This document shows positions 9,603 through 20,254 of a stretch of DNA of 64,000 bases, one piece after another. Under the pieces are notes generated by a model. The model saw only the letters and a list, made by a program, of their open reading frames with translations. It did no database searches and had not been told where the DNA came from. The stretch's first letter is position 1; every line of letters begins with the position of its first letter. Made by a program: the position numbers and the translations under genes. Origin of the DNA: an uncultured Coriobacteriaceae bacterium (GTDB lineage: Bacteria > Actinomycetota > Coriobacteriia > Coriobacteriales > UMGS124); contig CAZEAF010000001.1 of the NCBI GenBank assembly GCA_964510125.1, positions 2,362 through 66,361 of the forward strand, in the 5' to 3' direction.

Positions 9603-9911
9603 ATGGCACTTCCGCAACTTTCCGATGAGGAGCGTCAGCAGAATCTGAAGAAGGCCGAGGAAGCCCGTCGCGAGCGGGCCCAGCTGCGTCGCGATATCAA
9701 GGCTGGCAACGTCACCCTCAAACAGGTCTTTGAGATGGACTCTGACATCGCCAAGCGCATGAGGGTTTCCGCCCTTCTTGAGTCTATGCCCGGCATCGGC
9801 AAGGCCAAGGCTGAGAAGACCATGGAGGAGATTGGCATCTCCGAGAGCCGTCGCGTCCAGGGACTGGGCGTCCGCCAGCGTGAGCAGCTGCTTGCCAAGC
9901 TCGAAAAGTAG
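9603..9911 (+). CDS. mihF: actinobacterial integration host factor (mIHF)
   Basis: MALPQLSDEERQQNLKKAEEARRERA...VSALLESMPGIGKAKAEKTMEEIGISESRRVQGLG closely resembles mycobacterial/streptomycete mIHF. GGAGG precedes ATG 9603. Classical mihF-gmk-rpoZ order. Confidence 0.9.
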   Translation: MALPQLSDEERQQNLKKAEEARRERAQLRRDIKAGNVTLKQVFEMDSDIAKRMRVSALLESMPGIGKAKAEKTMEEIGISESRRVQGLGVRQREQLLAKLEK

Positions 9912-9921
9912 GCAGAACTAG

Positions 9922-10482
9922 GTGACGAGAAATCGCCTCTTTGTCATATCCGGGCCCGCCGGTGTGGGCAAGGGAACGGTCGTCAAGCTGCTGCGGCAGC
10001 GCCATCCTGAGCTTGCGCTAAGTATCTCCGCAACAACCAGGGCACCACGTCCAGGCGAGGTGGAGGGCGTCTCTTATTACTTCATGGATGAGAGTCGCTT
10101 TATGGACCTGGTTGAGCATGGCGGTTTCCTCGAGTGGGCTCATGTCCACGGCCACCTCTACGGGACGCCCAAGGCCCAGGTTGAGGACCAGCTCAGCACT
10201 AACTCGCTCATACTGGAAATTGACCCCCAGGGGGCGCTCAATGTGCGCCGCCTCATGCCTGAGGCGGTCTTGCTCTTCATTGCCCCGCCAAGCATCGACG
10301 AGCTGAGAGCTCGCCTGACGGGTCGTGGGACCGAGACGCCCGAGGAGCTGGAGCTGCGTATGAAGAACGCCCTCGGCGAGCTGGCCTTGGCGGACAAGTA
10401 CGATGAGGTCATCGTGAACGACGACCTGACGGACTGTGTAGAGAACCTTTCTGCTACTATTACATATTACGAAAACTGCTAA
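9922..10482 (+). CDS. gmk: guanylate kinase
   Basis: P-loop SGPAGVGKGT and TTRAPRPGEVEGVSYYF. Confidence 0.93.
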   Translation: MTRNRLFVISGPAGVGKGTVVKLLRQRHPELALSISATTRAPRPGEVEGVSYYFMDESRFMDLVEHGGFLEWAHVHGHLYGTPKAQVEDQLSTNSLILEIDPQGALNVRRLMPEAVLLFIAPPSIDELRARLTGRGTETPEELELRMKNALGELALADKYDEVIVNDDLTDCVENLSATITYYENC

Positions 10483-10548
10483 AGAGCCATAGCGCGGCAC
10501 CTTCGAAGGATGCCGCGCTATGGCTGTGCGCATGATGGAGGGCTTTTC

Positions 10549-10989
10549 ATGTCTGTTGTTGTGCCTACGATTGACGACCTGCTGTCCGTGACCAACGAGA
10601 ACCGCTTCCTACTCTGCGAGATGGCCGCCCGTCGCGCCTGTGACATCAACGACATGATGCGCAACCAGCATAACCGCGCTGAGCAGCTGGCTAGCGTCGA
10701 GGATGTGGCCATGTTTCTGTCCTCGGAAGACGGCTCGGTGCCTAACCCACTTAGCATCGCCTTCGACGAGATTGCCCCGCGTGCCGATGAGGACGGCAAC
10801 ATGGGGGAAGGCCTGCTCAGCTTCGTCAAGCCCAACGTCAAGAGCCTGTCCGAGGAGCCTGTCATCGCCGTCGATGAGATTCTCGTGGACATCGAGCTTC
10901 CTGAAGAGGCAAACGCTGAGTCTGAGGCAACCGAGACTGCCGAGGACGAGCCTGCCGTCGAGGCCACGAGCGACCTTCTGGGCGAGTAG
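10549..10989 (+). CDS. rpoZ: DNA-directed RNA polymerase subunit omega with acidic C-terminal tail
   Basis: N-terminal NRFLLCEMAARRACDI matches the omega signature (NRY.L...A.RAR). Position after gmk. Confidence 0.8.
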   Translation: MSVVVPTIDDLLSVTNENRFLLCEMAARRACDINDMMRNQHNRAEQLASVEDVAMFLSSEDGSVPNPLSIAFDEIAPRADEDGNMGEGLLSFVKPNVKSLSEEPVIAVDEILVDIELPEEANAESEATETAEDEPAVEATSDLLGE

Positions 10990-10997
10990 CCGCCTGC

Positions 10998-12293
10998 ATG
11001 GCCCGCGTCGTTTTCCTTGTCCACTACCACGAGATAGGTCTCAAGGGTCACAACCGGTCTTCCTTTGAAAGGCGCCTGCAAGCAAACCTGCAGGCTTGCC
11101 TCAAGGGGGAGCCGGTTGATTCTGTCGACCGCATCTCAGGTCACCTGTTGGTCCGCCTTTCCAGCAATGCCTCGCCTAACCAAGCCCAAGCCGCCTACGG
11201 GCGGGTGCTGGACACCCCCGGCGTGGCACGCGCCTCATGGGCCCAGTGCTGCGAGCTCGACCCCGCACAGTACTGCCAGGCCGCACAAGAGGAGCTGGCC
11301 GCCTCGGGCGACTTCTCCACCTTCAAGGTGCGCGCACGCCGGTCCAATACGACCTACCAGCTAACCTCCATGCAGCTCAACGAGCAAGTGGGGTCCTTCC
11401 TTTGCGACTGCTTTCCTGACAAGGGCGTGCGCATGCACGAGCCAGACAGGACTGTCAACGTCTACGTCATCCAAGGCTCGGTCTACGTCTACGTCCGCTC
11501 CGAGCTGGGCATAGGCGGCCTGCCCGTAGGGAGCGCCGGCAAGGTCGTCTCCCTCATCTCGAGCGGCATCGACTCGCCTGTGGCCTCCTGGAAGATGATG
11601 AGACGGGGGGCCGTGGTGCTGGGCCTGCACTTCTCGGGCCGCCCCCAGACCGCTGACACCTCCGAGTGGCTGGTCCAGGACATCATCGAGCGACTGGCCC
11701 CGGCCGGCGGATTCGCCCGTCTGTATGTTGTGCCTTTCGGCGAGGTCCAGCGAAGGATTGCCCTGGCTGCCCCTGCCGACCTGCTAGTCCTCATGTACCG
11801 CCGCATGATGTTTTCCTTTGCCTGTCGGCTGGCCAAGGCCGAGAACGCCAAGGCCCTGGTCACCGGGGAGTCCCTGGGCCAGGTTGCCTCGCAGACCCTG
11901 GAGAACATCGCGGTCACCAACGAGGTGGCCGACATCCCGGTCCTGCGCCCACTCATCGGCAGCGACAAGCGCGACATTATGGCCCAGGCCGAGAGGCTGG
12001 GGACGCTCGACATCTCCAACCAGAAGGCCGATGATTGCTGCACCCTCTTCATGCCCCGCACGCCCGAGACCCACTGTAGCCTGCGCAAAGCCCACGAGGC
12101 CTGGGACATGTTCGACCACGAGGCGATGCTGGACGAGATGATGGACTCTCTGGAGTACCGGTCCTTTGCCTGCCCCTCTTACCGGCCGCCCCGGTCGATG
12201 CCCCATGTGCACGACGAGCTGGGCCCGGTGGAGGAGTCCTGCCGCCAGGACCTACATGCGGCAACCCGGGCTAGGGTCTGCCAGTCAGAGTAG
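10998..12293 (+). CDS. thiI: tRNA 4-thiouridine synthase (THUMP + PP-loop), no rhodanese domain
   Basis: HYHEIGLKGHNR N-terminus and PP-loop SSGIDSPVA. C-terminal extension of about 40 aa. Confidence 0.85.
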   Translation: MARVVFLVHYHEIGLKGHNRSSFERRLQANLQACLKGEPVDSVDRISGHLLVRLSSNASPNQAQAAYGRVLDTPGVARASWAQCCELDPAQYCQAAQEELAASGDFSTFKVRARRSNTTYQLTSMQLNEQVGSFLCDCFPDKGVRMHEPDRTVNVYVIQGSVYVYVRSELGIGGLPVGSAGKVVSLISSGIDSPVASWKMMRRGAVVLGLHFSGRPQTADTSEWLVQDIIERLAPAGGFARLYVVPFGEVQRRIALAAPADLLVLMYRRMMFSFACRLAKAENAKALVTGESLGQVASQTLENIAVTNEVADIPVLRPLIGSDKRDIMAQAERLGTLDISNQKADDCCTLFMPRTPETHCSLRKAHEAWDMFDHEAMLDEMMDSLEYRSFACPSYRPPRSMPHVHDELGPVEESCRQDLHAATRARVCQSE

Positions 12294-12545
12294 GGCCCTC
12301 TCTGTCCTGCGGCCGCCGCCCCGGCAGATGACTCTTTGGCAGGGCTTGTCAAGGGCCTAAATGCGGTTTTTTGATCCTAACAATTTTCCTAACAGTTTTC
12401 AGCTCGTCTCCATGCCCCCTCAAGCTGCGCTTTTGTCGTAGTGCGGGAGGGCATTTTGCCTGTGTGTTATCCGCTCTAAGCAATTGAGCAAAAAGTTGGG
12501 GACCGGGCCAGTTTGCTTGCTACCTTCGGGCAGAAGGAGGCAGGC

Positions 12546-13409
12546 ATGGCACAGGTATCCAAGGCGACCTATCGAGAAGCCCGCCGGCGAGCGGGAACGG
12601 CGGACGACATGCGGAAAGGGGGGCGTTGCGAGCGCATACTGGAGCGGCTCCGGCTGGACAAGGTGTCCAAGCCGGTTCTTGCGGCCCTGGTCATCCTCGC
12701 CCTCGCGGCGTTTGTCACGGGAGGCCTAGCCTCAATCATGGCCCTGAGGGACGCTGGTGTCTTTGGGGATGGAGGCGGGGGCTTTGCTGTTCTGCCCGCC
12801 TCCAGGTCGGCGAGCTCCCTGCAGGATGTCGGCGACGAGGCCACGGGGGGCGGGAACGAAGGGCCGGCTGACTCGGAGCAAGGGGAGGTCGAAGGGTCAA
12901 GCGAGGCATCATCGCAGGCAGAAGCAGGCGATGCGCCCGTCCAAAGCATAGACACGCCCGTCCAGAGCATAACCGTTGACGTGGACGGGGCGGTCGCGGT
13001 CCCGGGCGTCTATGTGCTCGCGCAAGGGGCGCGGGTCGTGGACGCCATCGTCGCCGCAGGCGGGCTGACCGAGGAGGCCGAGACCCTCTCCCTCAACCAG
13101 GCGGCGCCCCTGTCCGACGGGGCCAAGGTAGTGGTTCCTGCTCAGGGCCAGGAGGGCCCGGGCCTGGTGACGGAGGGCGGCGACCAGACCGTGAGCGCAG
13201 GTACTGGCATACAGACAGGCCTGGTCAACATCAACACCGCCGGCGCCGAGGAGCTCCAGACCCTGCCCGGGGTGGGGGAGGCAACGGCCCAAGCCATCCT
13301 GACCGAGCGGCAGGATGGCGGGCCCTTTGCCTCGGCCGAGGACCTCATGAGGGTGAGCGGCATCGGCGAGAAGAAGCTGGAGCGCCTCCTTCCCTACATC
13401 TGTGTGTGA
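12546..13409 (+). CDS. comEA: ComEA-family helix-hairpin-helix DNA-binding membrane protein
   Basis: N-terminal TM segment, a SLBB-like region, and C-terminal HhH repeats NINTAGAEELQTLPGVGEATAQAI...VSGIGEKKLERL. GAAGGAGG precedes ATG 12546. Confidence 0.85.
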   Translation: MAQVSKATYREARRRAGTADDMRKGGRCERILERLRLDKVSKPVLAALVILALAAFVTGGLASIMALRDAGVFGDGGGGFAVLPASRSASSLQDVGDEATGGGNEGPADSEQGEVEGSSEASSQAEAGDAPVQSIDTPVQSITVDVDGAVAVPGVYVLAQGARVVDAIVAAGGLTEEAETLSLNQAAPLSDGAKVVVPAQGQEGPGLVTEGGDQTVSAGTGIQTGLVNINTAGAEELQTLPGVGEATAQAILTERQDGGPFASAEDLMRVSGIGEKKLERLLPYICV

Positions 13410-13418
13410 GAACCGGCC

Positions 13419-15860
13419 ATGATTCGTCCGAATCCGACTCCGAAGGCAGAAGAGAGACTAATTCATATAAGGCGGGGCCACGACCCCTTGAGGCCGACCC
13501 TATCGCCCGCCTTGCTGGCTCTGGCCCTTGTCTGGGCTGGTCAGAGGCTTGCGGCAGCAGTCATGCTAGGGGAGTGGCCTGAGCTGTCAGATATGCTGTC
13601 TGCTTGTGGGGGAGCGACCCTTTCGGCGGGGCTGACGGTCTTGGCTGTCATCCTAATTGCAGCCATGGCGGTCCTCTGGGTCCAGGCCCACCGTAAGGCG
13701 GCTCTCGTCCTATGCCTGGGAACCGGCGCCTTTGTCCTTGGCCTCTTGTCCATGAGGCTGCACCTGCAGGCAGTGGAAGCCCAGGCTGACGTGGCGACAG
13801 CGTCGCCGGTCTCGTCATACACCCTGCTTGTGGAGACCGACCCCAAGCTATCCGACACGGGCAACCTGACTGCGCGGGCACGGCTGAGCGACAAGGGCGG
13901 CGTGGACCGGGGGACGGTCTGGGTCAGCGTCTCCCCGCAGGTCCAGGGAGCCGACCAGCTCAGAATGGGCAAGCTGGTCACCGCGGTCGGCCGCTGGGGG
14001 TCCCTCTCCGACGACGACTGGGGCCGGGACATGAGGGTTAGGGGCGTCTGCGCTTCCGTCCGTCTGTTCGCCATCGAGGACGCAGGCTGGCAGGCAGGGC
14101 CCCTAGGCTGGGTGCGCCGGCTGCGGGACGGCTTGCACGAGAGCTTAAACGCCCTTCCCTCTGACGACGGGCGGGCCCTGCTTGCGGGCGTCGTCCTGGG
14201 CTACCAGAGCGACGCAAGCGGGTCCCAGCTGCAAGGGGACTTTCAGACCCTGGGCCTCAGCCACCTGGTCGCGGTGTCGGGCTCCCATTTGGCCGTGGTC
14301 GCCGGGGTCGTCCTTGCCCTGGCGGGATCGGTGGGCGCGCGTCCTTGGGCCCGCTTCGCCGTCCTGGTGGCCTTGCTGTCCTTTTACGTGGTCCTGACCG
14401 GCTTGCAGGCCTCGGCCCTGCGGTCCTTGCTCATGCTGTCGTCGGCCCTGGTCGCAGGGCTTGCCCACCGGCGCAGCCACGCTCTGTCAGCCCTGTCCCT
14501 CTGCGCACTCTTCCTTTTGCTCTGCCGGCCCTCTATGGCGGGTGACCTTGGCTTCGGCCTCTCGGTCCTCTCGGTTCTGGGCCTGTGCGCCTTCGGGTCC
14601 TACGGCTGCGAGCTGGCCCGTCGTCTCATGGGACCGCGCTGCCCCCAGGCACTGCCCGATGCGGTAGCCATGACCCTGGTTGCCCAGGCCTTCACCCTGC
14701 CCCTGACGATTCCCGCCTTTGGCATGGTGTCCCTTCTCTCGCCTTTGGCAAACGCCCTGGTGGGACCCTTGGTGAGTGGGGCTCTGGCCTGCGGCCTTGT
14801 CTGCGTGCCCCTGGCCTCGCTGGTCCCGGCCCTGGCCCTGCCGCCCTACCTGCTGGCCAAGCTGGTCTGCCTCGTCTCGCACTTACTGGCTGGCGTTCCC
14901 TATGCGGCTGTGCCGATTGCGGCGAGCGGGCCCCTCCTCGCCTGCCTCCTCTTTGCCGCCTGCGCGGCAGTCTACCTCTTTTGGCCCCTGCCCTCGGGAC
15001 GCCGCCTTCGGATAGGCTCGATAGCCTGCCTCACCTGCGTATTTGTCGTCCTCAACGTGTCCGTCCTGCTCGCGCCCACCCGTGTTCTCATGCTCGACGT
15101 GGGTCAGGGAGACGCCATTCTGGTTCAGGACGGACCCCACGCCATGCTGGTAGACACGGGGCCCGACGAGGCGGTGGTGCAGGCTTTGGGCAGGGCGCGC
15201 GTGGCCCGCCTTGACGCCGTCCTGCTCACCCATACCGACGCCGACCACGTGGGGGGCCTCGACGACATGGTCGGCCTGGTGGGCGTCTCACGCATCGTGG
15301 TGGCCCAGGGTGTCTGGGAGAGCGTTCAGGCAATCGACCCGGATTTGGAGCAGGCGATCCTTGCCACCGGGGGCCAGGTCGTGAGCGTGAGCGCCGGCGA
15401 CTGTATTCAGCTGGGGTCCTACACGCTCGAGGTCCTTTGGCCGACCAAGCCGGTGGAGGGGAATAGCAACGACCAGTCCCTGGTCTGTCTGCTCAGCCGG
15501 CCTGAGCGCGAGGGGCAGTTCTCCATGCTCCTCACAGGCGACGCCGAGGACGACGTGGTCAGCCGGCTCGTGGCCCAGGGGGCCGTGGGCGACATAGACG
15601 TGCTCAAGGTGGGCCACCATGGGTCGGCGGTCTCGATATCCCCCGAGACCATGCAGTCCTTGGCGCCCGAGGCGGCCATTGTAAGCGCGGGCCAGGGCAA
15701 CCGTTACGGCCATCCGCGCGAGGAGTGCCTGGACGTGCTCGAGCAGGGAGGGGCCGCCGTCTGGTGTACCATCTGGTGTCAGGACATCGACGTGCGCCTG
15801 AGCGAGAGAGGCTATGAGATTCTCAGCTCCGGCCAACCTGAACAGGCTCGGGCGCCATAA
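13419..15860 (+). CDS. comEC: ComEC/Rec2 DNA internalisation channel with C-terminal metallo-beta-lactamase domain
   Basis: 813-aa polytopic protein. MBL motif LLTHTDADHVGG and VGHHGS. Confidence 0.88.
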   Translation: MIRPNPTPKAEERLIHIRRGHDPLRPTLSPALLALALVWAGQRLAAAVMLGEWPELSDMLSACGGATLSAGLTVLAVILIAAMAVLWVQAHRKAALVLCLGTGAFVLGLLSMRLHLQAVEAQADVATASPVSSYTLLVETDPKLSDTGNLTARARLSDKGGVDRGTVWVSVSPQVQGADQLRMGKLVTAVGRWGSLSDDDWGRDMRVRGVCASVRLFAIEDAGWQAGPLGWVRRLRDGLHESLNALPSDDGRALLAGVVLGYQSDASGSQLQGDFQTLGLSHLVAVSGSHLAVVAGVVLALAGSVGARPWARFAVLVALLSFYVVLTGLQASALRSLLMLSSALVAGLAHRRSHALSALSLCALFLLLCRPSMAGDLGFGLSVLSVLGLCAFGSYGCELARRLMGPRCPQALPDAVAMTLVAQAFTLPLTIPAFGMVSLLSPLANALVGPLVSGALACGLVCVPLASLVPALALPPYLLAKLVCLVSHLLAGVPYAAVPIAASGPLLACLLFAACAAVYLFWPLPSGRRLRIGSIACLTCVFVVLNVSVLLAPTRVLMLDVGQGDAILVQDGPHAMLVDTGPDEAVVQALGRARVARLDAVLLTHTDADHVGGLDDMVGLVGVSRIVVAQGVWESVQAIDPDLEQAILATGGQVVSVSAGDCIQLGSYTLEVLWPTKPVEGNSNDQSLVCLLSRPEREGQFSMLLTGDAEDDVVSRLVAQGAVGDIDVLKVGHHGSAVSISPETMQSLAPEAAIVSAGQGNRYGHPREECLDVLEQGGAAVWCTIWCQDIDVRLSERGYEILSSGQPEQARAP

Positions 15861-16876
15861 TGGTGGCAGACAGGAGAAAGGCGGGACCGATGGCAGAGCA
15901 GATGGAGACAGGCAGGGGAGGGCTCCTGCCGGCCTACCTCATCGTCGGCCCTGACCGGGTCAAGGCTCGCGCCGCCTTGGAGCGCCTACGCAAGAGGCTG
16001 GCCGCCTCGGGGGAGCCCGAGTTCAACTCCGAGGAGTTCTCGGGGTCCGCCCTGCCCGACCCGGCCTCCCTGAGGGCGTCACTGGACACCCTGCCCTTTG
16101 GCGGGGACTTTCGTCTGGTGGTCATCGAGGGTGTGGACAAGGCGGCCAAGGCTGCGACCGAGATGCTGGTCGACTACCTGGCCGACCCCTGCCCCACGAC
16201 AGTCGTGGCCATGACGGCGGAAAAACTTGCCAAGACCACCCGCCTTTACAAGGCTGTCGACAAGGTGGGAGACAAGGCCGTCATCTCCTGCGAGGCTCGC
16301 AAGCGCCGTGACCTACCCGAGTTGGTGGCCCGCATGGCCCGCCAGGCCGGCTCCGACATCGACCCTGCGACCGCCGACCTGCTGGTCCAGCTGGTGGGTG
16401 AGTCGACCGAGATGCTGGAGAACGAGGTGGGCAAACTGGCTCTGGCATCGGGCGGCGGTCCCATAACCGAGCGGCTGGTGAGGGCCAACGTGGCAAGAAT
16501 CGCGCAGGTCAAACCCTGGGACCTGCTCGACGCCGTGTCCAAGCGCGAGCCTGCCGAGGCCATGCGCCTGCTGCGCCTCATGCCCGCCCAGGGCCTGGTA
16601 GGCCTGCAGGTGCTTCTGGTTAGCCGGATTCGCCACCTCATCGCGGCCAAGTCCCTGTCCCGGAGGGGTCAAGCGGCGAACCTGGCCCAAGAGCTGGGTC
16701 TGCAGGGCTGGCAGGTCAGGAACTTCCCAGCCTGGGCCCGCAACTACACGATGGGGGAGCTAGTGGGCGCCCTACGCGGTGCCTGCGCCTGTGAGGCCGC
16801 CCTCAAGTCGACTCCCGACAAGACCCTGGCCCTGCAGAGGTGGATTCTCTCCTTCTGCACGCCCAGGCGCGCCTAG
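15860..16876 (+). CDS. holA: DNA polymerase III subunit delta
   Basis: Conserved position after comEC; AYLIVGPDRVK N-terminus. TAATG stop/start overlap with comEC. Alternative start at ATG 15890. Confidence 0.78.
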   Translation: MVADRRKAGPMAEQMETGRGGLLPAYLIVGPDRVKARAALERLRKRLAASGEPEFNSEEFSGSALPDPASLRASLDTLPFGGDFRLVVIEGVDKAAKAATEMLVDYLADPCPTTVVAMTAEKLAKTTRLYKAVDKVGDKAVISCEARKRRDLPELVARMARQAGSDIDPATADLLVQLVGESTEMLENEVGKLALASGGGPITERLVRANVARIAQVKPWDLLDAVSKREPAEAMRLLRLMPAQGLVGLQVLLVSRIRHLIAAKSLSRRGQAANLAQELGLQGWQVRNFPAWARNYTMGELVGALRGACACEAALKSTPDKTLALQRWILSFCTPRRA

Positions 16877-16887
16877 CAATATGTCAG

Positions 16888-16925
16888 CAAAAAGCGGGCC
16901 CGATGGATGACCATCGGGCCCGCTT
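16888..16925. terminator. bidirectional rho-independent terminator between holA and rpsT
   Basis: Perfect 13-bp stem AGCGGGCCCGATG / CATCGGGCCCGCT (16893-16924). It is flanked by AAAAA on the plus strand, which gives a U-tract for minus-strand rpsT. Confidence 0.75.
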
Positions 16926-16948
16926 GGCAAACGTATGAGGCCGGGAGA

Positions 16949-17215
16949 CTAGGCAGCGATCTTGTTGACCAGCTTCTGCACGCCGGACTTGCGGTTGGCG
17001 GCCTGGTTCTTGTGGATGATGCCCTTGGCGGCGGCGTGATCGAGGAGCTTATAAGCCCTGGAGACGCGCTCCTGGGCCAGGTCGACGTCGCCGGCGGCGA
17101 CAGCCTGCTGGACGCGCTTGACCGCGGTCTTGAGCTCAGAGCGGACGGCCTTATTGCGCAGGCGGGCCTTCTCGTTCTGCTTGTTGCGCTTAATCTGAGA
17201 CTTGATGTTTGCCAC
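16949..17215 (-). CDS. rpsT: 30S ribosomal protein S20
   Basis: [26 protein letters not shown] start. Confidence 0.95.
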   Translation of the reverse strand: MANIKSQIKRNKQNEKARLRNKAVRSELKTAVKRVQQAVAAGDVDLAQERVSRAYKLLDHAAAKGIIHKNQAANRKSGVQKLVNKIAA

Positions 17216-17425
17216 TTGAGACGATTCCCTTCAAAATCCCGTGCTTATAGAGGCCGCAGGTACCTGCGCCAGTAACCTTCGTACGCGACGGATACCTGCG
17301 CTCCTGCAAATCAAACCATGACATTCTATCATTGTTTCAATCATTGTGTGCGACGAGATATCATCTGCGCTCATCTTGTCAACATACCTACATCAGCGCA
17401 CCCCATACCTCACCCATACGTTATC

Positions 17426-19243
17426 ATGCGTCCCATGCCTACAGACACGCCAGACTTCATCAGAGACTTCTCGATTATCGCCCATATCGATCACGGGAAG
17501 TCGACCATAGCCGACCGCATCCTCGAGCAGACGCACACGATTGCCGAGCGCGACATGGAGAGCCAGATACTCGACTCGATGGACATCGAGCGCGAGCGCG
17601 GCATCACCATCAAGAGCCAGGCGGTCCGTGTCATGTACAAGGCCGACGACGGCAACACCTACCAGTTCAACCTCATAGACACCCCCGGCCACGTTGACTT
17701 CTCCTACGAGGTGTCGCGGTCCCTGGCCGCCTGCGACGGGGCTGTGCTGGTCGTGGACGCCACCCAGGGCGTGGAGGCCCAGACGGTCTCCAACGCCATC
17801 CTGGCCATGAACGCCAACCTGGAGGTCGTGCCGGCCATCAACAAAATCGACCTGCCCAGCGCCGAGCCTGAGCGCGTCAAGCAGGAGATTGAGGACGGCC
17901 TGGCCATCCCCTGCGACGACGCCTGCCTTGTGTCCGGTAAGACCGGCATCGGCATCCATGACCTGCTGGAAACCATCGTGCAGGACATCCCAGCCCCCTC
18001 GGGCGACCCGGACGCGCCTCTTAAGGCCCTCATCTTCGACTCCTACTTCGACGCCTACCGCGGCGTGGTTGCCCTGGTTCGCGTCGTGGACGGCCGCCTT
18101 TACACCAAGCAACGCATCAGGTTCATGGCCAGCGGCATGACCATCGAGGTCGAGGAAGTCGGCGTCCGCCGGCCGGCCGAGACCCCCCTGGCTGACCTGG
18201 GCGTCGGCGAGGTCGGCTACCTGGTCACGGGCGTCAAGGACCCCCTGCAGATCCGCGTGGGCGACACGGTGACCGACGCCTCCCACCCGGCCGCGGAGCC
18301 CCTGCCCGGCTACCGCGAGGTCAAGCCCATGGTTTTCACTGGCCTCTTTCCGGTGGACACTGCGGACTTCGACAACCTGCGCGACGCGCTCGATAAGCTC
18401 TCCCTCAACGACCCGGCCATCGTCTACGAGCCTGAGACCTCGGTGGCCCTGGGCTTCGGCTTCCGGACAGGCTTTCTGGGCCTGCTCCACATGGAGGTCG
18501 TCAAGGAGCGTCTGGAGCGGGAGTTTGACCTGGACCTCATCGCCACGGCCCCCTCGGTCCGCTACCGGGCCTACCTGCATGGGGGCTCGGTCGCAGACGT
18601 CAAGTCGCCCCAGGACATGCCCGACCCCGCCTCAATCGACCGCATCGAGGAGCCCTACCTGAAGGTCAAGGTCCTGGTCCCTCCTGACTATGTGGGCGCG
18701 GTTATGGACCTCACCATCGAGCACCGCGGCACCTTCGAGGACATGGTCTACCTGTCCGAGACCAACGTCGAGATGCACTGGTCCATGCCCCTGTCCGAGC
18801 TCATCATGGACTACTTCGACCAGCTTAAGAGCCGTACCCGCGGCTATGCCTCGCTGGACTACGAGCTGTCCGACTACCGGCCTGGCGACCTGGTCCGCCT
18901 CGACATTCTTTTGGCCGGCGAGAAGGTAGACGCCCTGTCCTTCATCGTCCACCGCGGCAAGGCCCAGTCCCGTGGCCGCGTCCTGTGCCAGAAGCTCAAG
19001 GAGATCATCCCCCGCCAGCAGTACGAGATTGCCATCCAGGCGGCCATCGGCGGTCGCGTGATTGCCCGCGAGACTGTGCGGGCCCTGCGCAAGGACGTCC
19101 TGGCCAAGTGCTATGGCGGCGACATCACCCGCAAGCGCAAGCTGCTGGAAAAGCAAAAAGAGGGCAAGAAGCGCATGAAGGCTATCGGTTCGGTCGACGT
19201 GCCCCAGGAAGCCTTCATGGCCATCCTCAAGGTCGACGAGTAG
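17426..19243 (+). CDS. lepA: translation elongation factor 4
   Basis: [28 protein letters not shown] and the LepA C-terminal domain. The start (17426 or 17435) is uncertain. Confidence 0.95.
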   Translation: MRPMPTDTPDFIRDFSIIAHIDHGKSTIADRILEQTHTIAERDMESQILDSMDIERERGITIKSQAVRVMYKADDGNTYQFNLIDTPGHVDFSYEVSRSLAACDGAVLVVDATQGVEAQTVSNAILAMNANLEVVPAINKIDLPSAEPERVKQEIEDGLAIPCDDACLVSGKTGIGIHDLLETIVQDIPAPSGDPDAPLKALIFDSYFDAYRGVVALVRVVDGRLYTKQRIRFMASGMTIEVEEVGVRRPAETPLADLGVGEVGYLVTGVKDPLQIRVGDTVTDASHPAAEPLPGYREVKPMVFTGLFPVDTADFDNLRDALDKLSLNDPAIVYEPETSVALGFGFRTGFLGLLHMEVVKERLEREFDLDLIATAPSVRYRAYLHGGSVADVKSPQDMPDPASIDRIEEPYLKVKVLVPPDYVGAVMDLTIEHRGTFEDMVYLSETNVEMHWSMPLSELIMDYFDQLKSRTRGYASLDYELSDYRPGDLVRLDILLAGEKVDALSFIVHRGKAQSRGRVLCQKLKEIIPRQQYEIAIQAAIGGRVIARETVRALRKDVLAKCYGGDITRKRKLLEKQKEGKKRMKAIGSVDVPQEAFMAILKVDE

Positions 19244-19246
19244 CCA

Positions 19247-20254
19247 ATGCCCTCCCCAAGCGCCCTCACGGCCCTCAACGCCGGCTGGCTGGCACAGCAC
19301 CCCTTCCGCCTGGCTCCCATGGCCGGCATCACCGACGCTGTCTACCGGGGCATGTACCTGGAGCGGGGCTGCACCCTGGCCTATACCGAGATGGTGTCTG
19401 TCGCCGGCATCATGTACGGCAGCGCCCAGACCTGGCTTTTGGTCGACCCCGGCCAGGACGAGGATAGGGTGGCTGTCCAGCTCTTCGGCAGCAGGCCCGA
19501 GCAGTTCTCATACGCGGCGGCAGGCTTGTGCGACAGGCTGGGCGACCGGCTGGCCCTCATCGACATCAACATGGCCTGCCCCATGCCCAAGGTCTTCAAA
19601 AAGGGGGAGGGCTGCGCCCTGATGGGCGACCCCGACCGGGCGGTCCGAATCTTGGAGGCCACCATCGACGGCTGCTCCGCCTCGGTGCCTGTGACCTGCA
19701 AGATTCGCCTGGGCATCCGCGAAGATGGCTTCCTGGCCCCCCGGTTTGCCCAGACGCTGGCCGAGCACGGGGCCAACGGGATTGCGGTCCACGGGCGCAC
19801 GGCGGGCCAGCTCTACCGGGGCCAAGCTGACTGGGACAAGATCGACCAGGTGGCGCAGGCCGTGGACATACCGGTCATGGGCTCGGGCGATATCATGACC
19901 CCCTCGGACGCGGTGGCCCGGCTGCAATCCAGTGCCGTCTCGGGCGTCCTGGTGGCCCGCGGGTCCTACGGAAGCCCCTGGTTTTTTGAGCGGGCCGAGG
20001 CCTTGCTTGCCGGGCGCGACCCCGGACCCGAGCCCTGCGTCTACACGCGCTTGGACGCCTTGCGCACCCACATCCGCCGCTATGCCAGAAGCGGCCGTCA
20101 CATGGCCCGCCTTCGCCCCCTGGTTGGCTGGTACGTCAAAGGCCTGCCGGCTGCCAGCGTCTGGCGGGGCCGGGCCAACCACTGCGAGAGCGAGGGCGAT
20201 TACCTAGCCCTGGTGGATGAGATGGAACGCACCTGCCAAGAGCGCGGCATGTGA
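19247..20254 (+). CDS. dus: tRNA-dihydrouridine synthase
   Basis: LAPMAGITDAVYR and NMACPMPKV (catalytic Cys) motifs. Confidence 0.87.
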   Translation: MPSPSALTALNAGWLAQHPFRLAPMAGITDAVYRGMYLERGCTLAYTEMVSVAGIMYGSAQTWLLVDPGQDEDRVAVQLFGSRPEQFSYAAAGLCDRLGDRLALIDINMACPMPKVFKKGEGCALMGDPDRAVRILEATIDGCSASVPVTCKIRLGIREDGFLAPRFAQTLAEHGANGIAVHGRTAGQLYRGQADWDKIDQVAQAVDIPVMGSGDIMTPSDAVARLQSSAVSGVLVARGSYGSPWFFERAEALLAGRDPGPEPCVYTRLDALRTHIRRYARSGRHMARLRPLVGWYVKGLPAASVWRGRANHCESEGDYLALVDEMERTCQERGM

